NCBI GenBank assembly: GCA_009777935.1
Contig: WRKU01000004.1
Span: forward strand, 3,097-67,096
Direction of reading: 5' to 3'
From: Coriobacteriia bacterium
Lineage (GTDB): Bacteria; Actinomycetota; Coriobacteriia; WRKU01
Length of the DNA stretch: 64,000 bases
The translations under genes and the position numbers were made by a program. Positions 38,581-49,485 of this stretch are shown piece by piece; position 1 is the stretch's first letter, and each line of letters opens with the position of its first letter. The notes beneath the pieces were generated by a model, which saw nothing but the letters and a program-made list of their open reading frames with translations, did not search any database and had not been told where the DNA came from.

Positions 38581-38724
38581 CATGTCTTCACTTCGTGAAT
38601 CCATGAGACCTCGCTCCGCTCGCCCCAAACAGCTCCCAAAGGTCGCTGTTTGCCCTCACGGGTTCGAATCCCAGCGTCTCGCACCAGAACTCTTGCCGTG
38701 CTTTCAAGTTGCTCTTACCTGTAA

Positions 38725-38800
38725 TGGCAGGCCAGGAGGGATTCGAACCCCCAACATCCGGTTTTGGAGACCGGCGCTCTACCGTTGGAGCTACTGGCCT
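38725..38800 (-). tRNA. tRNA-Trp (CCA)
   Basis: AGGCCAG acceptor stem, anticodon arm CCGGT-CTCCAAA-ACCGG, GTTCGAATCC, CCA end; canonical position between rpmG and secE. Confidence 0.97.
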
Positions 38801-38812
38801 AACTTCGTGTAT

Positions 38813-38962
38813 CTAGCGGGTTTCTTTATGAACCGTGTGGCCTTTACACCACTTACAGTACTTCTTAAACTCGATGCGCTCAGGATTGTTCTGCTTGTTC
38901 TTGTTCGTCGTATAGTTACGCCGCTTGCAGTCCTGACACGCAAGTGTCACGAGTGTTCTCAT
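38813..38962 (-). CDS. rpmG: 50S ribosomal protein L33
   Basis: Manual translation: [49 protein letters not shown]. Confidence 0.97.
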   Translation of the reverse strand: MRTLVTLACQDCKRRNYTTNKNKQNNPERIEFKKYCKWCKGHTVHKETR

Positions 38963-39052
38963 AAATCAACCTCCCCTTCTTGACTGACCTTCGGGCGAGG
39001 GGCCGCGCTTGCACGCAAGCCCCTCTTTCCCTGTTTCTCAATTAAGGCAAGG

Positions 39053-40237
39053 TTACTTGAGAATCTTCGTTACACGACCCGAGCCAACGGTACGGCCACC
39101 TTCACGAATAGCGAAGGACAGACCTTCCTCCATCGCAATCGGCGCGATAAGCTCGCCGCGCACCTCAACGTTGTCGCCCGGCATAACCATCTCAACGCCC
39201 TCAGGCAGATGAGCAACACCGGTTACGTCGGTCGTACGGAAGTAGAACTGCGGACGATAGCCATCGAAGAACGGCGTATGACGGCCACCCTCTTCTTTCG
39301 TGAGCACGTAAACCTGGCCCTCGAACTCGGTGTGCGGAGTCACGCTACCCGGCTTGCAGAGCACCTGACCGCGCTCGATCTCCTCGCGCTTGGTACCGCG
39401 CAGGAGGATACCGACGTTGTCGCCAGCCTCAGCGTAGTCAAGGAGCTTGCGGAACATCTCAACACCGGTCACCACCGTCTTCTGAGTCGGACGCAGACCG
39501 ATAATCTCGACTTCGTCGTTGACCTCGATGGTGCCGCGCTCCACACGTCCGGTCGCCACGGTACCGCGTCCGGTGATGGTGAAGACGTCCTCGACAGCCA
39601 TCAGGAAGGGCTTGTCGGTGTCGCGCTCGGGAACGGGGATGTAAGCATCAACCTCGTCAAGGAGCTCGTCAATCTTCTTGCCCCACTCCTCATCGCCTTC
39701 AAGCGACTTGAGTGCCGAGCCTTTGACGATTGGCGTGTCGTCGCCGGGGAACTCGTTAGCGGTCAGCAGCTCACGAACCTCCATCTCGACGAGATCGATA
39801 AGCTCGTCGTCGTCGACCATGTCGCACTTGTTGAGGAAGACAACGATGTAGGGTACGCCGACCTGACGAGCGAGGAGAATGTGCTCGCGCGTCTGGGCCA
39901 TCGGGCCGTCGGTGGCGGCGATAACAAGAATCGCGCCGTCCATCTGGGCCGCACCGGTAATCATGTTCTTGACGTAGTCGGCATGGCCGGGGCAGTCAAC
40001 GTGCGCATAGTGGCGCGATTCGGTCTCGTACTCGACATGTGCGATAGCGATGGTAATACCGCGCTCGCGCTCTTCGGGAGCCTTGTCGATGTCTTCGAAT
40101 GCCGTAAAGTCGGCAAGACCCTTGTCGGACTGACGCTTCGTGATTGCAGCGGTGAGCGTCGTCTTACCGTGGTCAACGTGACCGATGGTACCGATGTTCA
40201 CATGCGGCTTATTACGCTCGAACTTCTCTTTGGACAT
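39053..40237 (-). CDS. tuf: Elongation factor Tu
   Basis: [40 protein letters not shown]. Confidence 0.99.
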   Translation of the reverse strand: MSKEKFERNKPHVNIGTIGHVDHGKTTLTAAITKRQSDKGLADFTAFEDIDKAPEERERGITIAIAHVEYETESRHYAHVDCPGHADYVKNMITGAAQMDGAILVIAATDGPMAQTREHILLARQVGVPYIVVFLNKCDMVDDDELIDLVEMEVRELLTANEFPGDDTPIVKGSALKSLEGDEEWGKKIDELLDEVDAYIPVPERDTDKPFLMAVEDVFTITGRGTVATGRVERGTIEVNDEVEIIGLRPTQKTVVTGVEMFRKLLDYAEAGDNVGILLRGTKREEIERGQVLCKPGSVTPHTEFEGQVYVLTKEEGGRHTPFFDGYRPQFYFRTTDVTGVAHLPEGVEMVMPGDNVEVRGELIAPIAMEEGLSFAIREGGRTVGSGRVTKILK

Positions 40238-40309
40238 TTCTGTTCCTCCTTCGGAAAAACGCTGGTTAACATCTATATTCTATGTGGTGCGCCTGGTGGC
40301 GCTTTTGCC

Positions 40310-40386
40310 TGGTAGCGGTGACTGGATTTGAACCAGTGACAACACGGGTATGAACCGTGTGCTCTGACCAACTGAGCTACACCGCC
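40310..40386 (-). tRNA. tRNA-Met (CAT)
   Basis: GGCGGTG acceptor, CACGG-TTCATAC-CCGTG, CCA end; probably elongator. Confidence 0.95.
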
Positions 40387-40387
40387 A

Positions 40388-40463
<76 letters not shown>

Positions 40464-40625
40464 ATCTTGCTCGTCTAAATTGCGTTACTCGGTGTCGTGC
40501 TGCGCATCGATTGTTCGAACACGACCGTAAGGTCGCTTATCTCACAATCGGCTTGCACTCCTTGATTAACGCAATTTATACTTCGCAATACTTTGGCGAC
40601 GCGCTTATCATCGCCTCGTTATATC

Positions 40626-40710
40626 TGGTGGGGGCGGATGGATTCGAACCATCGTAGGCATAGCCAACGGGTTTACAGCCCGTCCCCTTTAGCCACTCGG
40701 GCACACCCCC
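40626..40710 (-). tRNA. tRNA-Tyr (GTA)
   Basis: 85 nt with a long variable arm, ACGGG-CTGTAAA-CCCGT, CCA end. Confidence 0.96.
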
Positions 40711-40928
40711 AAGGTGTGTTGTGCGACCCGTATTCTAGATACACTTGTCAAGGTACACACCTGCTCGCACAAGCTCGCCCGGAGGCGCCTGTCCGTACGC
40801 ACACAACAACTAAGCGCGCACGAGAAAACAATACTCGCACGTGCAAGCCTGTCCAGTCTATAGGAGTGGGACGATAGTGTCAAATATCTCTGTCGGTGCG
40901 AAATTGAGGTGTGCAATTGAGGGTGTTT

Positions 40929-42155
40929 TTACTGGCGATATCGGCTCAAGAAACGCGCGAGGCGCTCACCAACCTCAACGAGTTCGGCCTCTTGGGGCAG
41001 ATAGACGATGCGAAAGTGGTCAGGGCGATGCCAGTTGAAGCCACGTCCATGCACAACAAGCACCTGCTCGGCGCGCAAGAGGTCGAGCGCAAAACGCTCG
41101 TCATCAGTGATGTTAAAGCGCGCGACATCGAGCTTCGGAAACACGTACAGAGCAGCTTCGGGTTTGACGACCGAGAGCCCCTCGATGCCCTCGATGATGT
41201 CGAGCATCGTAGCGCGCTGCTCATAGATACGCCCGCCCGGCGCGATGAGGTCGTCGACCGACTGATGACCGTCGAGCGCGATGGCGATGACCGACTGACC
41301 GGGCACGTTCGCGCACAGGCGCATGTTCGAGAGCATGTTGATGCCCTCGATATAGCCGCGCCGCCCTCCTGCGAGAGCCTTGTTACCGGAGATAATCATC
41401 CAGCCGCTCCGATATCCGGCAACACGATGGGTCTTGCTCAAGCCCGAAAACGAGACACACAGCACGTCGGGCGCCAGCGATGCGAGGTAGGTGTGCTCTA
41501 CCCCGTCGAAGGTCATGCGGTCGTATATTTCGTCGGCAAAGATGATGAGGTTGTGCTCGCGCGCCAGCTCAACGATGCCTTCGAGAATCTCGCGTGGATA
41601 GACGGCACCGGTCGGGTTGTTCGGGTTGATGACGACGATGCCGACGGTGCGCGGCGTAATCTTGCGCTTGATGTCATCGAGATCGGGCCACCAGTGGTTC
41701 GTCTCGTCGCACAGATAGTGCACCGGTGTGCCACCGGCAAGCTTGGCCGTCGCCGTCCAGAGTGGATAGTCGGGCATCGGGATAAGCATCTCGTCGCCGG
41801 TATCGAGCAGCGCCTGCATACACAGCGTGATGAGCTCGCTCACCCCGTTACCGGTATAAATATCGTCGAGCTCAACACCGACAATACCGGCTCGCAGAGC
41901 GTACGTCTGGATAGCTTCACGCGCATCGACGAGTCCGTGCGACTCGCTATAGCCGTGGCTTGTGGGAAGTCGTCGGATGAGTTCATCGGTCATCAGCGTC
42001 GGCGCCTCGAAGCCAAACGGCGCCGGATTACCGATGTTGAGCTGGATAATCGTTTCGCCGGCCTCGCGCATGCGGCGCGCTTCATCAACGACGGGGCCAC
42101 GCACATCGTAGAGTACGCCATCGAGCTTCGTTGATTTACGGTGTTCGTTTCGCAT
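40929..42155 (-). CDS. alaA: PLP-dependent aminotransferase, AlaA/YfbQ-like
   Basis: LYDVRGPV, LNIGNPAPFGF, GNGVSELI, INPNNPTGAVY, SGLSKTHRVAGYRSGW. Confidence 0.9.
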   Translation of the reverse strand: MRNEHRKSTKLDGVLYDVRGPVVDEARRMREAGETIIQLNIGNPAPFGFEAPTLMTDELIRRLPTSHGYSESHGLVDAREAIQTYALRAGIVGVELDDIYTGNGVSELITLCMQALLDTGDEMLIPMPDYPLWTATAKLAGGTPVHYLCDETNHWWPDLDDIKRKITPRTVGIVVINPNNPTGAVYPREILEGIVELAREHNLIIFADEIYDRMTFDGVEHTYLASLAPDVLCVSFSGLSKTHRVAGYRSGWMIISGNKALAGGRRGYIEGINMLSNMRLCANVPGQSVIAIALDGHQSVDDLIAPGGRIYEQRATMLDIIEGIEGLSVVKPEAALYVFPKLDVARFNITDDERFALDLLRAEQVLVVHGRGFNWHRPDHFRIVYLPQEAELVEVGERLARFLSRYRQ

Positions 42156-42208
42156 AGAGATAAGTATATACTAAGAGGAAGAGGCACTAACAATACGGAG
42201 GAGTGGTC

Positions 42209-44110
42209 ATGAGGGCTTTGAAGTTCATGTGTGCGATGCTGCTGGGCATCGGTTTGCTCGTTTCGGTGACGGCGTGCGGCGGACACGATGCTCCCGGTGC
42301 AGATGGAAAGCTCGTGCCGGCCGATGACGACTTCGCCAATGTATTTGAGGCCGTTCTTGAGACACAGGGCGACGGCGCCATTGCGCGCGGAGGACTTGCC
42401 GAAGCAGGCTTTGCCTCACCCGAGTTCGCCACCACAAACGTTCAGGTTCCCGGTGTCGATGAAAGCGATCTGCTCAAGACGAATGGCGACCTTATTGCTC
42501 AGGTGACCGATACCGGCATCGAGGTCTCCCGCGCCAACGACGGCAATCCTCAACATCTTGCCACCATCGATCCTCACACGCCCGAGGGCACCGCACCGTT
42601 CGAGATATATCTCGACGGAACCACGCTTATCGCACTACGTAATGGAAGTTTTGCGATCATGCCGCTCATCGGTGATTTAACCGACGCTCCCACCCCACGT
42701 CTGGGCACCGGCGGCTCTGTTGAGGTCGATATCTACGACCTGCGTGACCCAGAAAACCCCCGCTACGTCACCACGTTTGGACAAAGTGGTATGTACTCTG
42801 CCTCACGCCTCGTGAATGCGCATCTCTACCTCGTTTCCACCTACGTGGTGATGGGCGAAATCGATGAGACACAGCCCGAGACGTTTGTACCGCTCGTCGA
42901 TGAAGCCGGTCACGAGCGCGCCGTCGCGGCAAACCGCATGTGGATTATGCCGAGCGTCGACATGAGCGTCTATACTGTGGTGACCGCCATCGATACGCGT
43001 GGCGACGGCGCGCTTGTCGCCGATATGGCCTTGCTCGGTGGCACGAGCGCGATCTACCAGACCGCCGATGCGCTCTATCTGTGTGCGAATCGCACGTGGG
43101 AGCACGGCGATCACGACCACGATTACACCGATATATTCAAGATAGCGCTCATGGCCGACGGTCTTGAGGTCGCTGCTCAGGGAACCGTCGAGGGTATGAT
43201 TTTTAATCAGTTTGCAATCGACGAGTATGAGGATGTGCTGCGCCTCGTTGCGACGATAGCCTCCGATGAGGATGATTCGCATGAAGGTGATGACGAGGGT
43301 GGTGTCGATGATGCCGCGCATGAGGACGATGTCTGGGAGGATGTCGGTGCGATTCGAGAGTTCGAGACGGCGATCTATACGCTCGACTCAAACCTTGTTA
43401 AGCTGGGATCAATCGAGAATATTGCGCCGGGAGCACGCGTAGCGAGTGTGCGCTTCATCGGTACGACCGGCTTTTTTACGACTCTCGAGGGAGCGGCCAG
43501 CTTCACGGACGGTGACGCAGGGACGCTCTTCAGTGTCGACGTAAGCAATCCGCGCCAGCCCCAGATCCTTGACGTGCGTACCGATGTGAACCTCACGGGC
43601 TATCTGCATCCGTGGAGCGCCGGTGAACTGCTGGGGCTTAGCAACCACTTCAACCCCGAGACAGGCTGGATGGACACGCTCGTACTCTCGATGTTTAATA
43701 TCTCGGATCCGGCACAGGTGGCAGTAGCACACGAGCTCGACCTCGGCGCGTACTCCTATACAGAAGCGACGATGAACCACAAGGCTATCTTCGTCGATAC
43801 CGAACGTGGGCTGATAGCGTTTCAGGCACAGGCTATCCCACACGTGCAGAGCGGACCGAACACGCCATTTGAGGGCAACTTGGGCGAGCCGAGCTATGCC
43901 TATCTCGTCTATCACTACGATGGAGAGACCGGCTTTACGCAGGTAGCGAATATCGATACCGATGCGTTTCGCCAGCAAGGTTTTGTGCCGTCGATGCGCG
44001 GTTTTGTGATAGCAGACGATGCACGCGAGCACTTCTTTGTGGGCAACGGCATCGCACTCGGCGCATTTGCGATGCCCAGCTTCACTCAGAGCGGCTTGCT
44101 CCGATATTAA
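42209..44110 (+). CDS. Beta-propeller domain lipoprotein
   Basis: GGAGGAG RBS, lipobox VTAC, TTNVQVPGVDESDLLKTNG, NQFAIDEY, YLHPW resemble the secreted Beta_propel family. Confidence 0.82.
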   Translation: MRALKFMCAMLLGIGLLVSVTACGGHDAPGADGKLVPADDDFANVFEAVLETQGDGAIARGGLAEAGFASPEFATTNVQVPGVDESDLLKTNGDLIAQVTDTGIEVSRANDGNPQHLATIDPHTPEGTAPFEIYLDGTTLIALRNGSFAIMPLIGDLTDAPTPRLGTGGSVEVDIYDLRDPENPRYVTTFGQSGMYSASRLVNAHLYLVSTYVVMGEIDETQPETFVPLVDEAGHERAVAANRMWIMPSVDMSVYTVVTAIDTRGDGALVADMALLGGTSAIYQTADALYLCANRTWEHGDHDHDYTDIFKIALMADGLEVAAQGTVEGMIFNQFAIDEYEDVLRLVATIASDEDDSHEGDDEGGVDDAAHEDDVWEDVGAIREFETAIYTLDSNLVKLGSIENIAPGARVASVRFIGTTGFFTTLEGAASFTDGDAGTLFSVDVSNPRQPQILDVRTDVNLTGYLHPWSAGELLGLSNHFNPETGWMDTLVLSMFNISDPAQVAVAHELDLGAYSYTEATMNHKAIFVDTERGLIAFQAQAIPHVQSGPNTPFEGNLGEPSYAYLVYHYDGETGFTQVANIDTDAFRQQGFVPSMRGFVIADDAREHFFVGNGIALGAFAMPSFTQSGLLRY

Positions 44111-44188
44111 CTTCGGTGTCGTGTCGGCGTGTTGGAGGCTTGTTGGAGTAAGCCCCTAGTTGCGCTATAATCGATGCTTGTGTGATGG

Positions 44189-44264
44189 GCCAGCCTAGCT
44201 CAATTGGTAGAGCAACGCACTTGTAATGCGTAGGTTAGGAGTTCGAGTCTCCTGGCTGGCTCCA
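44189..44264 (+). tRNA. tRNA-Thr (TGT)
   Basis: GCCAGCC acceptor, ACGCA-CTTGTAA-TGCGT, GTTCGAGTC, CCA end; TATAAT at 44166-44171. Confidence 0.96.
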
Positions 44265-44265
44265 G

Positions 44266-45039
44266 CTAAAAGGGAACGATTGCTCGAACGAAGGCAACCT
44301 TACGAGCAACGGGGCTCGTTGAATCATACGACGCAGCGATAACGCCCTCCTCATAAGGTTCGCCGTCATACCTATGGTCCGGATAACGATAAGCGAAGCC
44401 GAACGTCTCGGCAAAGTCCTCAGCCGGCTCGCTCATGGCATAGGTGGTCACAAACACACGGTCATAACCTGCCGGCAACACGTCAAAATCTTCCCACGCA
44501 GCACCCACATACGAAAACCCCTCGTTGAGCGCAACAAACTCTGCTTCCGGATCTTGGTCGATATCGAGGAGGTAGAAGTGTACGAGATGACCCATCTCGT
44601 GAATGAGTGCTGCATGTGCACCCTCAACATGAGAGACGACAAACTCCACGGCCTCATCATGAATCTCGACCGACGCCTCTTCCTCCTCGCTAGGAGTTTC
44701 AAAGATGAATATCGTGGGATACCCTTCATCACGATAGAACGCAACGAGCTCTCTGAGCAGCGTTGGACCGAGCGTATCGGCCTGCTGGTTAAATATCTCC
44801 ACAACCTGCGAGGTGTGCCAAACGGGGTCTTCGAGATGGATCTCAATATCGTAATAATCCTCAATCTCAGAGAGGGACTCGAAGCTATGAGTGGCCTCTT
44901 GCTCGAACCGGTCGTTCACCTCGGCAGAGTAACCATAGTCTTCATCGTCAAGAAAGTCGCATCCCGTCACCACGAACATGAACGCCAGCGCAATAAGCAC
45001 AAGACTGAGTGCACCACGTAACTTTCGCATGTTGCTCAT
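44266..45039 (-). CDS. Acidic lipoprotein with zincin metallopeptidase motif
   Basis: Lipobox VTGC; ALIHEMGHLVH (HExxH) and YAMSEPAEDFAETF. Confidence 0.75.
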   Translation of the reverse strand: MSNMRKLRGALSLVLIALAFMFVVTGCDFLDDEDYGYSAEVNDRFEQEATHSFESLSEIEDYYDIEIHLEDPVWHTSQVVEIFNQQADTLGPTLLRELVAFYRDEGYPTIFIFETPSEEEEASVEIHDEAVEFVVSHVEGAHAALIHEMGHLVHFYLLDIDQDPEAEFVALNEGFSYVGAAWEDFDVLPAGYDRVFVTTYAMSEPAEDFAETFGFAYRYPDHRYDGEPYEEGVIAASYDSTSPVARKVAFVRAIVPF

Positions 45040-45049
45040 GAGCCCTCGT

Positions 45050-45484
45050 TTAGGATGGGTGGGCAACGAGATGTTCTTCAAGCCAGATAGTAAGGCCCTC
45101 TTCGTCGATTTTACCCATTGCGAGCAGTCGCATGACGCGAACAACATCTTCCTGACAAGCCTTTATTCGAGCTCCGTTAATGAGTAAAAACGTGTTCATT
45201 ACCGTAAATGCCGTACGTTTGTTTGCGTCGTTATAAGGATGACTGGTTGCAATGCCAAACCCATAGGCAGCTGCAAGAGTTGCCAAACTCGGTGGCTCTT
45301 CGCTGTAGAGGTACTTATAGGTGGGACGGGAAAGTGCTGACTCGAGTGCTGCCTGATCGCGCGTTCCCGGCAAGCCACCGTCAGCGCGAAGCATCATATC
45401 GTGCAAGGCGTCGGCTTCCTGTACGTCAATCCATAGATAGTCATCTTCCGAAGAAATATGCGAACTACTTTCCTGAGAGTTCAT
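45050..45484 (-). CDS. doc: Death-on-curing (Doc/Fic) toxin
   Basis: LESALSRP, HPYNDANKRTA (Doc-type Fic motif); downstream of an AbrB-type antitoxin. Confidence 0.92.
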   Translation of the reverse strand: MNSQESSSHISSEDDYLWIDVQEADALHDMMLRADGGLPGTRDQAALESALSRPTYKYLYSEEPPSLATLAAAYGFGIATSHPYNDANKRTAFTVMNTFLLINGARIKACQEDVVRVMRLLAMGKIDEEGLTIWLEEHLVAHPS

Positions 45485-45692
45485 GAAGCGCCTCTCGATA
45501 TTCCCGCAATGTCTCTCGTCCCGCCGCCAAGACTGCTTCGGTCTTGGGATTACGTGGTGTCATGATGATTCGGCCATTCTCAACGCTCGTGTACACGGTA
45601 TCGCCTACCTCAAGGTGTAACTCTTTGGTGAACTCATGTGGCAAAGTTGCGCTTATTGACCCACCGGCTTGCCGTAGTTTTACCGCAGTCAC
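45465..45692 (-). CDS. AbrB/MazE/SpoVT-family antitoxin
   Basis: KLRQAGGSISATLP...LHLEVGD...ENGRIIMTP; overlaps doc. Confidence 0.88.
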   Translation of the reverse strand: MTAVKLRQAGGSISATLPHEFTKELHLEVGDTVYTSVENGRIIMTPRNPKTEAVLAAGRETLREYREALHELSGK

Positions 45693-46231
45693 AGCAACTC
45701 CCTTCGATAATATAGCACCTGCGTCCTTACCGCTTTCCTCATTATAGCATATTTATGCTACTTTCCAAACCTCTACTTGCCAAACCTGTCCGGAGCGACA
45801 TTTCGACCACATTCGGTTCAGCACATGCACAGGCCCGAGCGGTGCTGGTGTGCAACCACCCGAGCCCGTGCGTTTCCCTTTTTCGCCAACGCCCTATACG
45901 AACGCTACGCGAAAGGAGATGAGTTCCCTTACCTGCTCTCTGTATGCCGCTTAGCATACACTCCCTGGCATAGCCCACTTCACACGGAAGGGTCATGCGG
46001 GTAAGTCTGGACGCACGCCACGCGCCTCGGTGGCAGCAATGTCGCCCGCCACGGTCCCCCAGCTGTCCACGCGAGCCGCCGTAGTGGCAGAGTTGCCCGG
46101 AGACCGCAGCCACTGGTTCTGCCAGAAAGCGGCGGAACGCTATTCGTCCGCGTGCATCGTAACTCATTCCTACGACTGCGCCACTTGCCCTACAGTCGCA
46201 CCGCTAGTGTAACAGACTTACTACGGTGCCT

Positions 46232-46957
46232 TTACGCAAAAATGGCAGAGCCGATACGGACGAGAGTAGCGCCCTCCTCGATGGCGACTTCAAAATCGTT
46301 TGTCATGCCCATCGAGAGTTCGCGCACGTGCGGGTCGTGTATCTGTAGCTCGTCGCGCAACTCTCGTAGACGTGTGAAGTGAATACGCGCCTCTTCAGGT
46401 GCGCCTATCGTCTCGAATGGTGCCATCGTCATCAAGCCCTTGATGGCAACACTCGACATCGCCGTAGCGGCTTCCACGAGCACACGCACCTCATGTGGTT
46501 CGACACCGTGCTTGGACTCCTCGCCACTCACGTTGACCTGCACGAGTACCGGCTGTACGACACCAACCTCAGCTGCACATCGGTTAATAGCTTCAAGCAA
46601 GCGTAGCGAATCGACCGAATGGATGAGTCCGCGCGAACCGATGGCGCCAGCACCGTCGTCGGTATGAGGCGCAAGCGCATCGACAACCACACGTACCTTA
46701 TTGCGCTGTAGGGAACCGATAAAGTGAAAGTCCACCTCAGGACAGGCCACGCGCTTGCGCACGAGTTCCTGCGCACGATTTTCACCAAAGGTTGCCACGT
46801 CTAAGGCCGCAGCCTCAAGCACTACCTCAGGCTCAACGGTCTTCGAAACAGCGACGAGCGTCACCTCGCTAACTGCGCGACCAGCACGTTCGCATGCGGC
46901 CGCGATGCGCTCATGAACCGTCGTAAGGCGTTGCGCGAGTTTACAGTGCGCCGACAC
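46232..46957 (-). CDS. yggS: YggS family PLP-binding protein
   Basis: [49 protein letters not shown]; start chosen at GTG 46957. Confidence 0.95.
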   Translation of the reverse strand: MSAHCKLAQRLTTVHERIAAACERAGRAVSEVTLVAVSKTVEPEVVLEAAALDVATFGENRAQELVRKRVACPEVDFHFIGSLQRNKVRVVVDALAPHTDDGAGAIGSRGLIHSVDSLRLLEAINRCAAEVGVVQPVLVQVNVSGEESKHGVEPHEVRVLVEAATAMSSVAIKGLMTMAPFETIGAPEEARIHFTRLRELRDELQIHDPHVRELSMGMTNDFEVAIEEGATLVRIGSAIFA

Positions 46958-47678
46958 GATTCTCGTCGATATCCTCGGGCCCTTCGCTGCGTTCAAGCTT
47001 GCGTTCCTCGGCCAGCTCTTCGGCGACCTCCTCAAGCGAAGCACGTTCGCCCGTTATCAAAAAGACGAGTCGCTCGCCGATATCGATTGAGTGATCGGCG
47101 ATGCGCTCAAGATAACGCGAGGCCAGCACCATCCGACTCGCCCACTTAATCTGCTTTTTCTCTTTGAGCCGCGCGACTTCACGGAAGAACTGCCCGTAGA
47201 GCTCGTCGATGGGCTCGTCGAGTTCGGGTAGTTTGGCGGCCATTTCGAGATCGTTTTCGCGCATCGCTGCAATCGTTGTATCGAGCACGCGATAGACGAG
47301 GTTGCCCTGGGCCTGAATGAGGTCGAGCATTGACTTGCTCGGCTCACCCTTATCGGCGGTGCGCAGCGTTGTGCGTGCGATGCTCACACACAGATCACCG
47401 ATACGTTCGATGTGCATCGAAATCGAGACGAGCGATTGAAGCAGCCGCACATCGCGCGCAACCGGAAACTGAGTCGCCGTGATTTGTAGAATCTTCTCCT
47501 CGAGTTCGGTCGTACGACGGTTAACCTCGTCATCGCCCTCGATAATCTTCTTAGCCGTCTCAACATCAGCCTCAACGAGCGCCTTGACCGATTGACGCAC
47601 CGTAACGGCGACGTCCTCGAAGATCCCAATCGCCTCATCGTATATGTCACGCAAATCCTGTCGGTATGTCTCTCTCAT
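46941..47678 (-). CDS. phoU: Phosphate signalling protein PhoU
   Basis: QFPVARDVR, IERIGD, LERIADH; start ATG 47678. Confidence 0.95.
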   Translation of the reverse strand: MRETYRQDLRDIYDEAIGIFEDVAVTVRQSVKALVEADVETAKKIIEGDDEVNRRTTELEEKILQITATQFPVARDVRLLQSLVSISMHIERIGDLCVSIARTTLRTADKGEPSKSMLDLIQAQGNLVYRVLDTTIAAMRENDLEMAAKLPELDEPIDELYGQFFREVARLKEKKQIKWASRMVLASRYLERIADHSIDIGERLVFLITGERASLEEVAEELAEERKLERSEGPEDIDENRVGAL

Positions 47679-47721
47679 AGTTATGCCTCCTCCCTTTAGT
47701 GTACCAGTGGTGGCTACTCTG

Positions 47722-48573
47722 TTAACCGAAGCGCCCGGTAATGTAATCTTCCGTGCGCCGGTCGCTCGGATTCGTGAACATCTCACTCGTTGGACCACTT
47801 TCCACGAGAATGGCCGGTTCGCCAGCGACCTCCTGGAGAAAGAAAGACGTAGTATCACTTACGCGGGCCGCCTGCTGCATGTTGTGCGTCACAATCACAA
47901 TCGTAACCTGATCTTTGATCTCGGCCATCAGGTCCTCGATTTTCTGGACCGAGGTCGGATCAATTGCCGAGCATGGCTCATCCATCAGAATAACCTCCGG
48001 CTGCACGGCCAGCACGCGCGCGATACAGAGCCGCTGTTGTTGCCCGCCGGAGAGTGCCAGCCCGTTTTTGCCAAGGTTATCTTTAACCTCTTTCCAAATG
48101 TTGGCCTTATCAAGCGCATGTTCGACGATGTCGTCGAGGGCGGCCTTTTTCTTGACGCCTTGTAGTCGTGGCCCATACGCAACGTTGTCATAGATCGACT
48201 GCGGAAACGGGTTGGGCTGCTGAAATATCATCCCGACGCGCCGACGCAAGTCGACAGGATCGACGCTCGGCCCATAAATGTTGGCGTTCTCAAAGAGCAC
48301 CGTTCCTTCAACTTTTGTGCCCGCAATGAGATCGTTCATGCGATTAAGGCAACGCAACAGCGTGGACTTACCACATCCCGACGGACCGATAAATGCGGTA
48401 ATCTCTTTCTTTTTGATATCGAGCGACACATCGGTCAGTGCATTGAAATCACCGTACCAAAAGTCGAGATTGCGCACGAAAAACGTCGCGTCCTCACCAC
48501 TCTGAACGAGTGGATTATTATAGCTGGTGTGCCCAATCTTAATCGCATTGCTCGTTATAACCGAATCTGTCAC
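47722..48573 (-). CDS. pstB: Phosphate ABC transporter ATP-binding protein
   Basis: [33 protein letters not shown]. Confidence 0.97.
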   Translation of the reverse strand: MTDSVITSNAIKIGHTSYNNPLVQSGEDATFFVRNLDFWYGDFNALTDVSLDIKKKEITAFIGPSGCGKSTLLRCLNRMNDLIAGTKVEGTVLFENANIYGPSVDPVDLRRRVGMIFQQPNPFPQSIYDNVAYGPRLQGVKKKAALDDIVEHALDKANIWKEVKDNLGKNGLALSGGQQQRLCIARVLAVQPEVILMDEPCSAIDPTSVQKIEDLMAEIKDQVTIVIVTHNMQQAARVSDTTSFFLQEVAGEPAILVESGPTSEMFTNPSDRRTEDYITGRFG

Positions 48574-48585
48574 CGGATGCCCCCT

Positions 48586-49485
48586 CTATTCCTTAATCCG
48601 TGAATAACGTTTTGAGATATAGCGTGCAACAACATTGAATATCAGGATGAGTACAAGCAGTAGAAACGCCGTGCCATATGCCGCCTGCATGTTAATGCCT
48701 TCGACGGCGAGCAGATAGAGGTGCACCGGCATGGACCGACCGGAATCGAGTGGCGTGATGGGCAGGTTTATCGCCTGGCCCATCGTATAAAACACGACGG
48801 CCGTCTCTCCGATAGCACGTCCCATCGCCAATACGAGCCCCGTGATAATGCGTGCCGTTGCCGCCGGAAGGACGACACGCGAAACTGTCTGCCACTTGGT
48901 AGCACCCATGCCATAGCTACCCCACCGGATATAGCGTGGCACGGCACGAATCGCCTCTTCGGTCGTGCGCATAATGATGGGGAGCATCAATAGTGACAAT
49001 GATAGCGCCGCAGCGAGCATCGAAAACGGCAGGCCCAGCGTCTCAATAAAGAACGCAAAGCCAAACAACCCCATCACGATTGAGGGAACGCTTGCCAGCG
49101 AATCAGCGGCGAATCGGATTACGTTGACAATCTTTCCCTGTCGTGCGTATTCAGCCAGATATATCGCAGCAAGCACCGCAACCGGTGTGGCAATGAGCAT
49201 CGCAAGCCCGGTGACATATATCGTCGAGATGATGACGGGGAAGATGCCGCCCTCAGCGTTGACTCCGTGCGGCCACGTGAAAATAAAGGCGGGGGTAACA
49301 ACGCCGATGCCACGCACGATGACGTACAGCAAAATCGCGGCAAGTGCTGAAACGGTGATACCGGCCGCGACCCAAAAAAGCGCAAGCGCAACGTTATTAG
49401 CAACGTTTTTGCCCTGCGTGCTCCCCTTCTTATCCCGGCCTTGCGTCATCTTGGAGGCCGGCTCTCGTGTCATCTCCGGTGCCAT
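48586..49485 (-). CDS. pstA: Phosphate ABC transporter permease PstA
   Basis: LASVPSIVMGLFG, RAIGETA; second permease of the operon. Confidence 0.93.
   Translation of the reverse strand: MAPEMTREPASKMTQGRDKKGSTQGKNVANNVALALFWVAAGITVSALAAILLYVIVRGIGVVTPAFIFTWPHGVNAEGGIFPVIISTIYVTGLAMLIATPVAVLAAIYLAEYARQGKIVNVIRFAADSLASVPSIVMGLFGFAFFIETLGLPFSMLAAALSLSLLMLPIIMRTTEEAIRAVPRYIRWGSYGMGATKWQTVSRVVLPAATARIITGLVLAMGRAIGETAVVFYTMGQAINLPITPLDSGRSMPVHLYLLAVEGINMQAAYGTAFLLLVLILIFNVVARYISKRYSRIKE

Noticed and set aside
40911-42134. 407-aa plus-strand ORF
   Set aside because: Antisense shadow of the aminotransferase with no family motifs; such shadows are expected in high-GC DNA. The same applies to 23778-24881, 39209-40315, 35279-36223 and 4151-5029.
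45230-45265. Doc motif HPYNDANKR lacking the Gly of the canonical Fic motif
   Set aside because: It matches the P1 Doc-type motif (HIFNDANKR), so it is not a degeneracy.
45750-46231. Possible RNase P RNA, tmRNA or T-box
   Set aside because: No GAGGAAAGTCC or AGAACCCGGCTTA, no tmRNA ends and no T-box consensus found by eye.
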